DNA from: Paraspadella gotoi
Lineage: Eukaryota; Animalia; Chaetognatha
Direction: 5' to 3'
Length of the DNA stretch: 38,404 nt
Assembly (NCBI GenBank): GCA_051294375.1
Contig: JBJCIZ010000026.1
Span: 54,966-93,369 of the forward strand
Position 1 is the first letter of the stretch. The number at the start of each line of letters is the position of its first letter. A program made the translations under genes and the position numbers. This document shows positions 27,300 through 38,404 of this stretch, one piece after another. Below the pieces are notes generated by a model. That model worked only from the letters and a program-made list of their open reading frames with translations. It searched no databases and was not told where the DNA came from.

Positions 27300-27570
27300 G
27301 GCCGTCTCGATGGTTTGGAGCCAGAAAATTGTCGGCGCAGGAAGTCCGCGCGAGGATGAAATGTTTACGTCAACCACGACGAAACGGATATCAAATTCTC
27401 TGTTTTCCCAATTTCACACTTTCGATCACATAGTTCCATAGCACTCTATTCGACCGACCGTTGGCGGCCTGGAGCTTCATTTGAAGGGTCCGGGCCGCGG
27501 CGTCGTTGCTCTGGCGAAGGTGGAACGATAGAAAGTATGCCTCTCCGTCTACCTAACCATTTAGTTCTGT
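27300..27570 (-). pseudogene. Retropepsin-like aspartic protease (frameshifted)
   Basis: Stitched motifs WLVDG-A..SIVPP, MKLQAANGRSIECYG, FVVVDV..IL-ADFLR are characteristic of Gypsy proteases. Confidence 0.85.
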
Positions 27571-27699
27571 CCACCTGGCGCTCGAATGAAGATCCCAAAA
27601 AAAAATCCGCTTTTGAAAACCGCCCGTGGGGTGGGGGGGATTTTTAAATTTGAAATCCAGAGGGGACGGCGTTCACACACTGCGACGCCCACCTTTTTG

Positions 27700-28800
27700 G
27701 CCATTCCCTCTTTTCCCTTTTCACTTTGTTGAATCTGGCACAACCAGCTCAACAACTTCCACGCCTCGTCGCGAATTTGACGTGTTTAAAGCCCGCACAA
27801 GCGTCGGTTACTTAGATTTCATTTTTTCCTTGAGCGCTGGATTCGGGCGCTTTTGTTGTTTTGAGGCCTTTCTGACGTTTGTCGACCGGCGTTGACGGCG
27901 TTCTCAACCGTCGGAATCTGATTCGTCGTCGTCTTGTTGCCTGTGACGACGTTGCTAATTAGGGAATCGAAGTCTGTCTTAGCTTAAGCGGTGCCGTCGT
28001 TCCGTAGTAGCGGTCCTGCCATAATTTGGGAGAGTTGAATACGCCGATAAGTCCGTCTTGCTTTACCATCCAAGCTGTCCGGGCGGACGTCTCTCGCAGG
28101 CTCTCTGAGGATTTTTTCTTTTCCTCATGTCGTCAGAGTCAACGTTTTTGTTTCTCTTCGACAGTCTCGCCCAATATTTTCGGGTTTATTTCCGTCGACG
28201 GGTCGAGATGATCGAGAAGCGTCGCTGCTTGTTGGCGCCGGGTCATTCCATATTCTCGTCGGAGATAACTGATGACATCCGGCCCATGTCTCCTCGTTTG
28301 CTTCGCCAAAGAGGACTGGTTAAATTGTCGGATCGACGTTCACGCTGATTTGGCCTCCCAGTATGCGCAATTTAGGCTTAGGCGCCGTGATGCTTGCCCG
28401 TGTGTAAGCGGATTCGATCCGCTGATCCATCACTTAGATCTTATGGCTGAATCAAAAGTCGGGCGAGATCCGGCTTTCGATTTGGAGACGCGGTTCGAGG
28501 CGGGCGAGTTGCAAGCAGCGAGGGCTAGCACGATGTTCTTCGTTTTCAATCCGCGTAAGTCTCTGTTTCGACTCGCCGCCGGTCGCCATGTGCGGCCGTC
28601 CTCAAAGTTTTGTTCGTTCGGAGTTTTGATATATAACGTCGGGGGGCGTTCGGTGAAGATTGGCAGAGGTGGAAAATTCGAGAGCGAGCTCCTCTGCCAA
28701 TCGAACTGGAAACTGGGAGCGTCACTGCTTCATTGCTGGGATCGTCGACGTTTCGTTGTGCTGAGCGAAGGCGGAGATCTAAGGTCGACCCGCTCATATT
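27700..28800 (-). pseudogene. gag-like ORF remnant with CHCC zinc knuckle
   Basis: Stitched segments RIESAYTRASIT.., FGEANEETW..VISYLRREYGMTRRQQAATLLD, and C-FK-H-VKFxDEAWK-C-xxG-C at ~27738-27800 (C-x2-H-x9-C-x3-C, the CsRn1-type motif). Confidence 0.7.
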
Positions 28801-28968
28801 GTTTCTGGGCTTTCCGTCGTGTCGCCGTGGGGAGTGTAAAAAAGGAAAAAGCAAGCGTGAGCGGATTGGGCTAATCAAGCCTTAACTTTTGATTCTCTAC
28901 CCAAATCTTACCCTGGAAAAGGGTAATTAATCCGTTGAACTTCCCCGCGAAAGTTGGCCTTGTTCGTT

Positions 28969-28982
28969 CGCCGGTTTCACCA
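28969..28982 (-). promoter_or_regulatory. Candidate PBS of the Gypsy element (degenerate tRNA-Trp type)
   Basis: The minus strand reads ..CACACA|TGGTGAAACCGGCG, versus the Trp PBS TGGTGACCCCGACG. It lies upstream of gag and follows a CA end. Confidence 0.5.
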
Positions 28983-30052
28983 TGTGTGGCCAATGTGGCC
29001 TGAGAATACCTACAAACGTTAACGAGGTCACATACAACAGCCGGGTTCACATGACTAAGATGTTGACATGAAAGAATATAATTTTCCAGAGTGGCGACAT
29101 TGCGGGAAAATGGGATCCGAGATTCGAATTGTATTTAAATATCAATTGATTGGTTTAATTTTGATTGAGCAGAATAATTCATGAGTTTTTGCACAGAGTT
29201 AATGTATTGGCTACATTATTTATCGAGTAATAAAAACGAAGTTAATATCATGAGTGTTCATGATTAAGCAGGAAAAACGCAGACTGATCAATCTCAGTCA
29301 AACAAATCAATAAAGAACAGTCAGTTGAAATTTGAATAACAAAGGTTTTGGAATAGATGACCATCTTCAGTGGAACAGAGAAACAAAAGAATTGTCAGGT
29401 TTCAGTTTAGATTCAGTGGCCACACGTAATATGCATTTGAATGATACGACCGTATTATACAAGTTTGAATAACTCTCCTCTACTCTGACTCTCTCTCTCT
29501 CTCTATCAACCCAATGACTCACCACTTCTAAGCGCCCCATATGTTGACACATAATAAGGAATTAAAGACAGCCACGACGACGACGACGACGACGACGGAA
29601 CGACTTGAATGATGAGATGATGACGCGAGAAAAAACGTTGCCAATCATAAAGATATTGATGGCAACGACGACGATGACGACGACGACGATGATTGCTGAC
29701 GATGAAAAAGGTCAAATTATCAGTGGTCATTTCTCCAAGGTTGAATCAAGTCACCGTTTACCTCATCCAGCGTCAAAGCACTTGTATGTTCTCGTAATGG
29801 AGAATTGGAAAATTACGTCATGAATCCCTTTGTCCTAGTTGATTCGTTTTGTCTTCCTTTAACTATTAATTCATACGCGCCTGAAGATCATTCCTGATTG
29901 TTATTATTTATCGAATTATTTAATTATTTAATATTATTAAAGAAAATATAGAAAAATTAAAAAATCGTATGCTAAATACCTTTAAAAAATTTCCATTCCA
30001 ATTTTTTTGTCAAGTTTTCCCTTTTTTCCGCTTTTCCCAATTTTTAAATGGC

Positions 30053-30395
30053 GAACAGGGAACAGGGAACAGGGAATAGGGATACGGAACAGGGATCAGG
30101 AACAGGGATCAGGGAAACAGGAATTGGGAAATAGGGAACAGGGATCAGGGAACAGGGAAACAGGAATAGGGAACAGGGAACAGGGAATAGGGACGGGAAC
30201 AGGAACAGGGATTAGGGAACAGGGAACCAGGGATAGGGAACAGGGAACAGGGAATTAGGGAACAGGGAACAGAAAAAGGGAATAGGGAATAAGGGAACAT
30301 TGAACAGGGAATAGGAACAGAGAACAGGGAACAGGGAATAGGGAACAGGAAATAGGGAATAGGGAATAGGAATAGGGAACAGGGAACAGGGATCA
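30053..30395 (+). repeat. (AACAGGG/AATAGGG)n heptamer satellite
   Basis: Direct inspection. The regular GGG runs could form G-quadruplexes. Confidence 0.9.
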
Positions 30396-31941
30396 GAAGT
30401 TGAACGATTCAAGATTTCCCACCCTTGACAAGTAGCATAAATCAATACATCAAACGACAACCAAACAACATTAACAGCATATCCACAACAACAAACGACA
30501 AACCATCTACATCCACGAAAACCACAACAATAAAAACATTATCAAAACATAATTAAGAACAACAACAGCAACACCTACACGAACAACCATAAACTTTAAC
30601 AAATTAAACAGAAACAACATCGACATGAATCCGGAAACGTCCAATAATCGTCAACAACAACAACAACAACAAAAAGAAACAACAAATCGCTCTCCCCATG
30701 TCGAGTCTCTTCGGCGATCGACTCGAAAATCGTTTAGGAACATCTGGTTTCTCCTCTGGGAGGAAAAAGGAAGAAAAGAAAAGAAGCGGAGGAAAGAAAA
30801 GAAATCAAAGAAAGAGATAAAAAGGGAGGAAAGGAAAGACATCAAAGAAAGAGAATAAAAAAGGGAGGAAAGAAAAGAAGGCGAAGAAAGAAAGAAAAAG
30901 AAGGGAAGAAAAGAGATCGAAAGAAAAGAACGTAAATTTTTTGCAAAAGAAAAAGTGACATTGGTTGTAAAAATTTCATAACAGTCAGGTTATTGTATTT
31001 TGATGCTAGTGCGGATTAATATATATATATAAAATTATATATTAATATATATATATTAATTAGAATGGAAAGCTGAATTAAGGCCTTAACCATTCTGATT
31101 AAGCGGGAAAAATGCCCTTATAACTCGCTTATTGTTGGTTGCACAATGCACATTTGTTAAGAAAAGAAAAAAACTTCAAATACAAGTGACTGTAGAACCG
31201 CCTTCAGGAAATTCTAATCCAGAAAGAATAAAAGACGTAATTCCAATGCAGTGCGTGCCAAATAATACAAATACAATATAAACAAGGTTTGTTATAACAT
31301 ACATTTTCTAGTCATAGTAGACACGTGATCACAAGAAAATACATGTGAAAAAGAAAGTCACCTTCGGCTCAAACACATTGGATGACCGATCTTGTTTAAT
31401 TAAAAAAATTACAGGCTTGGTCTAGGGATTAGAAATTTTGGTTTAGAGACTTGCATGAATTAGTTTTCAGGGTCCAGGGTTTGGGGTTAAATATTAGGAT
31501 TAAAAATTAAGTTGAGAAGATTAAGAACATAAAAAGGGCGTTCTCAGAAAAATAGTAGCAAGTAAAACTAGGATAAAAGAGGAAAAAACGGGTAAAAAAA
31601 TGAGGAAAAAGGAAGAAATCTGATAAAGTAAGAAAAAATAAAAAATGGGAAAAAATCGATAAAAGGGGCCCAAGAACTCTCTCTCTCTCTCCTCTCCTCT
31701 CTCTCCCTCTCTCTCCTCCTGTCTCCTAAACTCCCCGGTTGATCATTGTGTCGGAGCCAAAAAGTTTTAACTGGACGGCAAAGAAAAGTAACGCCCTGAA
31801 CCAAACTTTATAGTTAGTTTAGCAGAGGAAGTAACCCTACGAAAACCAATTTCATGGCAAAAGTAAGTTTGACAATGTAAAGCATCCGTTTCGCAATGTT
31901 GTTTGGACAAAGTGAGAGAGAGAGAGAAAGAGAGAGAGAGA

Positions 31942-31992
<51 letters not shown>

Positions 31993-33091
31993 CTCCATCT
32001 TTTTCGGTTGCCGTTTCCCGCCTACTTCTGGCAGGAATGTTAGCATATCGTTAACCTTTTTCCTTGTTTTTGTCGTCGCAAAACGAGAGAGAGAGAAAGA
32101 GAGAGAGAGAGGACGAACAACAAAACCAAAAAGAGAAGAGAAAAAAACACCGGAAAAGAAAAATCGCGGGGAGAAGAAAGAAAAAACGGTTTACCTTCTA
32201 TCGTTGGCTGAGCAGTTCTATGTCAGACTGAAATAGCTGCGGTTTTTCAGGGACAAAAAAGCGCTTAAAAATAAACCTCAGGCAAGGCTGTTTGTTATTA
32301 TTATTTGTTGTTTTCTGTTGCTTGTTTGTTGCTGTTGTTGTTGTGATCGTGTTCAGGGAATGAACAATGAACATCAATATGAAAAGCAATCGAATTCTTC
32401 CAATCTTCATTTGCATCATTCCCAGCATTTTGAGAAATAAACTCGAACATTTTCTCATGTTTCATTTCCACTCAGATTCCCTAATTTATTTCTCTTTTTA
32501 CTTAATGTCATGTTGAGAGAGTTGAGAGAGTGGGACATTTACCTAATTATAAGTTAATACTTAATGCAATTTAATGTATTTTATCTTAGACAGGCAAGCC
32601 TAAGATTTATCCAATTACTAATTATTATGTCGTGATAAGTGAGATGTATACATTAACTGTGGCCAAATTGTCGTGAAAAGTTATAAAATTGGTACATCAT
32701 ATAATTTATCCATGTAATTTAACGAAATAAGCTATCTTTCTCCCCTGACTTTGGATTTAGGACACTTTGCGTTCATATGTTTAGCCATTTTTTTTCTTTT
32801 TCAATAACATTTCTACAGGATATTTTAATTTTAAAAGATTTTTGAATAGCATGTACTTGTAAATTTTGTAGATTTCCAACGATATTCTACGAGATTGTAG
32901 TACAAGTAGCTTAACGTCTCTTTCCACGTTTGTTTGTTTACATAACCTATAATCTGCTTTATTCATCTTCCTACCCCCCCATATCGCATTTTCGGCTTTT
33001 CTTTTCTCTGCATTCTTTCTCATTTTTTTTCTTACCAAATCTCTCTCTCTCTCCTTCTCAAGTCCTCTCATCTCTCTCTCATCTCTCTCTC

Positions 33092-33123
<32 letters not shown>

Positions 33124-33344
33124 TTAATCCGCTCTCAGACGCGTTTGAAAAACAAATGAAGCTCCTCCCACGAAGAGAACGTGCGGTCGGAGCCGTGCGA
33201 TGCGGTCGACCTCACAGGTTGTTTTCGTGTCGTCGTCGTCGTCGTCGTTTTAGTCGTCGCCGACAACATCTTCTTCGTCGTCATCTTTATCAAGCTGTCG
33301 TCATCGGCGAATCGTCATCTTTATTAACAAACCAATATACCGGA

Positions 33345-33442
33345 TTTTTAGTTGCGCCACGAGTATAACTCAATAAGTCCCTTTCGGTCGGTCGGTCGGC
33401 CGTCTGGGTCTGTCGTCGGTCTGTCCCACTTTCGTTAAAAAA
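33345..33442 (+). mobile_element. DINE-1/HINE-like element end
   Basis: TTTTTAGTTGCGCCACGAGTATAACTCAATAAGTCCCTTTCGGTCGGTCGG..CCACTTTCGTTAAAAA is a reverse-complement match to 20515-20632. Confidence 0.55.
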
Positions 33443-33547
33443 AGCATATCATTTGCAGCGCCGTCTTCAGGAAAATCATAAAGCATCAAAAGAAAAAATC
33501 TTAAAAGCATAAGGGATCGAGCCTAACTTTTGATGATAACCAAAATA

Positions 33548-33770
33548 TTGATGCGATGAATAAACCAAATGATGGATGCGATGATAGTCATCATTGATGC
33601 GATATAATCATTCAATATGATCGCGATGATAGTCATTCATTGATCGATGAATAATCAATTCATTGATGCGATGATAGTCATTTCATTGATGCTATGGCTA
33701 GTCATTCATTGACGCGAAACTGAATAGGTCATTCCATTGATGCGATTCTAAGTCATTCATTGACGTGATG
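33548..33770 (+). repeat. ~22-23-bp degenerate minisatellite
   Basis: Unit resembles GATGCGATGATAGTCATTCATT, about 9-10 copies. Confidence 0.8.
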
Positions 33771-33803
33771 AGTTATTAGAGAGAGGAGAAAGAGAGAGAG
33801 AAG

Positions 33804-33841
<38 letters not shown>

Positions 33842-35087
33842 AGAGAGAGAGCTGAAGAGAGCGACATAGAGTTGATTGAGAGAGAAATATAGAGAGAATA
33901 ATAAAATAATAATAAAAGTTTTTAGAAGGAAAAAAATAAAATCCACGAAAATCTCGGAATAAATTTGGGATTTTGTATTAAGAAAAAAGTGGCGTGATAA
34001 AAATAAAATTGTTTTATTATAAAAGAAAGTGTGATAAGCATCATTAACTTTTAGTTTTTTTTTCAAATTGAAATAAGACCTGAAGTCTTTGTTCAATCTA
34101 TGTCAAATGAGGTTGAAACCTATTTTTTTGGGCATATTATTGAAAAATTAATGAGATTGATATTGATTGTATGAAATGAAAACTCGTCGCTATAAAGGCT
34201 AAACTATTTTCAAATAAAATAACGGTCAAAAAAATTATAAATCTCTAATTAACAAAAATATAATAGTTGACAATAATCAGTTAACGACTATGCATATTTT
34301 TGACTTCCAAATATTTTTTTTACTTATTCAATAAATTTCAATTTTCCTCAATCTTAAAAATTTTTTATCTTGAAATGAAATTTAATATATATAATATAAT
34401 AAGGCAGGTAATCGCTACCTGTCACACAAGTCGCTGTCACATGTGACATTGCCTTGCATTATAAGTTAATCTTCCTTTTTTCTAAAAATGAATTCAACGA
34501 AAATCTCGGATGTAAATTTGGGATTTTTGGTATTGAGGAAAAAAAATAAATGGCGATAATAATAGGTAGATAGAAGGAAGAATAAAGATATTTTTAAAAA
34601 ATCGGTGGTGAAAAAAAAAAGTGAATAATTTTTTTTTTGTAAATAAAGAGAGAGAAGGGAGGGAGAACGGGAGGGAAGAGAGAGAGAGAGAAGAGCCTGA
34701 ACTCGTTTTTAAGAACGATTCAGAAAGGGCAGCGCCTGATCACAAATATATATGTTTTTTAGAAAGAAAAAAATAATCCAATTTTCAAAAAGCGAACGAT
34801 CACGCAAGAGATCGTACATGGAAGAGTCAGACGCACACAAAGAGAGACAGAGAGAGATTGATCTCGTTTTTTAAAACGATTCAGAAAAAGGCAGCGCCTG
34901 AAAAATATATAATATAATTAAAAAAATAAATAAATGAAAGGCAAAAAATGTTACCAAATGGTTTACCAATTGGATTTTCCAATTTTTTCCAATCGCAGCT
35001 TGTAAAAGATTTTATATTTATTGTATTAAAATAGAAATAGCCTCATTAAAAAAGTTATTTGGAGTTCCCATTTTTATTATAGATTTA

Positions 35088-35232
35088 GGAAAACAGTTTT
35101 AATGTGGCAACGAATTTTATTGACAAGTAAGTCGGACATGTTCGACTCTTATAGAGTTGAAGTCTTCACAAGAGTCGAAACATTCCGACTTACTTGTCAA
35201 TAAAATTCGTTGCCACAATTAAACTGTTTTCC
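35088..35232. repeat. Near-perfect ~62-bp-arm hairpin, possibly an inverted Penelope-like terminal repeat
   Basis: 35088-35150 is the reverse complement of 35170-35232. Contains GTCGAAAC..AATAAA as in Penelope pLTRs. Confidence 0.55.
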
Positions 35233-35640
35233 AAATGCTAAAAAACAACGAAATCTGAAAGTCCTATACATAATATTATTAGACTTTAAAAAAAATTTTT
35301 TGAATTTCATCTTCAATATTATATACTGCAATATGTAATTAGATTAAGCATTTCTATATACTAATTTGGATATTATAAATGAGTACTATAATCTCATTTG
35401 GCATATTGGCAGTAAATCATAAATGAGTGGATAATTCAAACAAAATACTTAAATCCAAAATGTAATAAGAAATATCAAGCTATTTCAAGATGTGAAGCAT
35501 ATGCAAATTTTTAACTTACTATGAAATCGCACACTTTTCTGTAAAACTTTATAATAATTTATAATAATTTTTATTTAAAAAAAACACCGGGAAGTCCAAG
35601 CCAAACCTATAAAAGCGGTAGAGTTTTTAATATAAAAAAA

Positions 35641-35778
35641 CAGAGTGACGGACGACGACGACCGACGCCGCACGCATACGACGACGACGACGACGGACGA
35701 CTACGTCACAAAGAAGCAAACCTAAAACATTATAGGAGCCTGAAACCCCGGCTTCGCCGGTCATGGCTCGATAAAAAG
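35641..35778. mobile_element. Possible second HINE/Helitron-like end
   Basis: GAC/GACG microsatellite followed by GAGCC(T)GA..CCGGCTTCGCCGG..TCATGGCTC hairpin and an A run. Confidence 0.35.
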
Positions 35779-36145
35779 AAGGAATTCCGTGTCATAAAAC
35801 ACAAGGCTATAGAAAGTTTATGTAGTCATGTAGACACATGTCCATATCGCGTCATGTCATGTTTATGTTACGATAAAATGTCATGTCAATGTCACGAGAA
35901 ATAAACATGAAAATAAGTCACTGGGGCGCCAACACATTGGATGAACCGATCGTTTTTTCGAACGATCGTCCGTCTGTCGTCGTCGTCATTCTCGTCGTCG
36001 CTCGTCGTCCGTCGTCGTCGTCTTTCGAGTCCCTGATCGCTGGAAACAGTTCGCCGCCCGACTTTTGTTCCCTGTTCAATTTCTTCCAATTTCCTTTTAT
36101 TTCCTTTTAATGTCAAAATCTCTCTCTCTCTCTCACTCTCTCATC

Positions 36146-36187
<42 letters not shown>

Positions 36188-36457
36188 GGTTCGATCCTTT
36201 CCGCTCCATTTGTTCTTCTTTCGCTGGCGCCTTTTTTTATTACGCTTTTTCTCCTCTTTTTTTACTCATTATTTTACTTCTCTTTTTTCTTCTTTGCTCT
36301 CTTTTTCTATCATCGTTTCTCCTCTTTTTTCTTTTTATTCCTATATTTTAATGATTTTTCCCTAACTTTTTTCTTTTCTTATTCCTATTTTTCATAATTT
36401 TTCCCGTTTTTTTTTCCTTTCCACTTTGTAGTCAGAATTGAGTGACTGTGGTTGACG

Positions 36458-36504
<47 letters not shown>

Positions 36505-36658
36505 AGAGAAGAGAGAAAGAGGAGACCAAGAAGTTCAAGCAGCAGTGAAGAAAATCAAAGAGGAGCAAAAACCTGAATCCAAGAAATGGGAATCGGGAAA
36601 GGAGAATATTCAATAAGATGCGATGGCCCTGCATTAGAGAGAGAGAGAGAGAGAGAGA

Positions 36659-36693
<35 letters not shown>

Positions 36694-36709
36694 AAGAGGA
36701 GAGGAGAGA

Positions 36710-36740
<31 letters not shown>

Positions 36741-36871
36741 AAGGCAGAGACCGGAAAGAGAGAGAGAGAGAGAGAGAAAGAAAAGCTCAATAAAGAGAAG
36801 GAAAAGGAAAGAAAAGAAGACAAATGACAAAATAGATATGTAAAGATTAAAGGATTGTTGTGAAGAGAGAA

Positions 36872-36931
<60 letters not shown>

Positions 36932-37242
36932 ATAAATAAAGTTACAAAAGACTATAGAGAGGACAAGACAGACAGACAGGACAACGCAGGAGACGACAAC
37001 AAACAAACAGAAAAGCGGTGGGGGGCGCATATCGATTCCACCATTGAGGCAAATGACGCCATTTTTGGAATAAACGAAACCCAATGCAAACACGTTGCGT
37101 TTCAGCTCTATTCCCAATTTCTTTCTTTTTCTGCAGTCCTTCTGTCTCTCTTTCTCTTGTCTCTATCTCTGTATATAAAATATAAAGTAAAAGAATTATT
37201 ATTATTTCCCCAAATCATTTTTAAATAAAAGAAAAAACATTT

Positions 37243-37449
37243 CTATCGTAATTGCGGCCGTTTGTCGCCCGCTTTTGTCGGTTGTAATTCGCATGATGTG
37301 TGCGTGATGTTGGCGACTGCTGTTGTTCGCCAGATGGGGTTCAACTCATAGTTTAATCGCAGGTGGTTCGCCTCAATAATCGGGCGACGTTCGTCGTCGG
37401 TCTCGTGTCGTCCCCAGTGCCACCGACATCTTGCTCTCGTCAACTATTC
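37243..37449 (-). CDS. Possible terminal coding exon of an unknown gene
   Basis: GC-richer non-repetitive block after a TTTGCAG acceptor, reading ..DDERRPIIEANHLRLNYELNPIWRTTAVANITHTSCELQPTKAGDKRPQLR*. The 5' frame needs an indel and no homology was recognised. Confidence 0.2.
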
Positions 37450-38404
37450 CTGCAAATTTGGTGTAAATCACGTGATCTCATTGCTTGATCTCGAAATCAT
37501 ATGATCACATTGTTGAATTCATGTTATCGCTGCTTGTTCCAAATTTTCGCGATGAACGCTAGAATGCGGGGCGACGGGTGCTGGGATGTTTGGATAATCA
37601 GTGCGCACCACCGGATTGCCATCAGGTGATCGGAAATATTTGTAATCAGTCGATTCAAGTATTAAAAGTAATCAGGTCGCGAAATAATGAAGCATATGAT
37701 AATTGGGTATTCAATAATGATACAATAGGAATTTCTATATTTTCATATAAGACAAAACGACATGAGCATAGCAAACAGAAACGAGGGGCTTATGAAAAAA
37801 GTAGAGACATAGAAATCATTCCTTCCTTTCATTTCTCTTTTACCTGCACGTTACTTTTCTCTGCTTGAGGGCAGATAGTGAGAGAGAAGAGAGAAGGAGA
37901 GAGAGAGGAGAGAGGAGAGAGAAAGGAGGAGAGAGAAGAGGAGAGAGAGAGAGAAAGAAAGAGAGAGAGAGAGAGAGAGAAAGAAAGAGAGAGAGANNNN
38001 NNNNNNNNNNNNNNNNNNNNNCATAAGCCCCTCGTTTCTGTTTGCTCATTCGTTTTGTCTTATATGAAAATATAGAAATCCTATTGTATCATTATTGAAA
38101 TACAAATTATCATATGCTCATAATTCGGACCTGATTAACTTTTAATTACTTGATCGCATGATTTACAAATTTTCCGATCACCTGATGGCATCCGGGTGAC
38201 GCCTGATTATCCAACATCCCAGCAACCCGTCGCCCCGCATTCTACGTTTTCATCGCGAATTTGGAACAAGCAAAGCGATAACATGAATTCAACAATGTGA
38301 TCATATGATTTCAATCAAGCAATGAGATCACGTGATTTCACCAAATTTGCAGGAATGACGTTGACGAGAGCAGATGGTCGGTGGCACTGGGGACGACGAC
38401 GACG
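37412..38404. repeat. Inverted duplication across a 25-N gap (~37412-37794 and 38022-38404)
   Basis: CATAAGCCCCTCGTTTCTG at 38022 is the reverse complement of CAGAAACGAGGGGCTTATG at ~37776-37794. Colinear to the end of the window. Confidence 0.9.

Larger units (their letters stand above)
26481..28982 (-). mobile_element. Truncated Ty3/Gypsy LTR retrotransposon, CsRn1-like clade (gag-protease-RT; RNase H, integrase and 3' LTR absent)
   Basis: Frameshift-corrected minus-strand reading gives gag, protease and RT motifs in Gypsy order. The element breaks off at a GA microsatellite near 26481. Confidence 0.92.

Noticed and set aside
28272-28874. 200-aa plus-strand ORF
   Set aside because: Antisense shadow of the Gypsy gag region.
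29091-29106. TGGCGACATTGCGGG as a PBS
   Set aside because: Wrong strand relative to the Gypsy ORFs, with no associated LTR or coding sequence.

Overview
AT-rich, microsatellite-saturated eukaryotic (probably invertebrate animal) DNA. It comes from a noisy, gap-filled assembly: five short N gaps of about 25 N, two long gaps, and several inverted or direct duplications whose copies differ mainly by indels. Almost all ORFs in the track are microsatellite translations, and no host gene is confidently identified. The interpretable content is mobile DNA. (1) A ~770-bp non-coding mini LTR element (TRIM) at 3640-4407, with a tRNA-Trp PBS, a PPT, a GGTG(T) target duplication and a matching empty site at 1601-1605. 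Each LTR carries a tRNA-Gly-like Pol III promoter followed directly by a fold matching a circularly permuted (P5-type) twister ribozyme. (2) A solo LTR of a second, diverged family at 25513-25746 with the same architecture and compensatory changes in the P3, P4, P5 and T1 twister pairings. (3) A truncated, frameshifted CsRn1-clade Ty3/Gypsy element (gag with CHCC motif, protease, RT) on the minus strand at ~26481-28982, a plausible helper class. (4) DINE-1/HINE-like fragments, minisatellites and a possible Penelope-like hairpin. The best candidate for a new system is a twister-ribozyme, tRNA-promoter LTR 'retrozyme'. All folds and alignments were done by eye, and reference sequences are recalled from memory.
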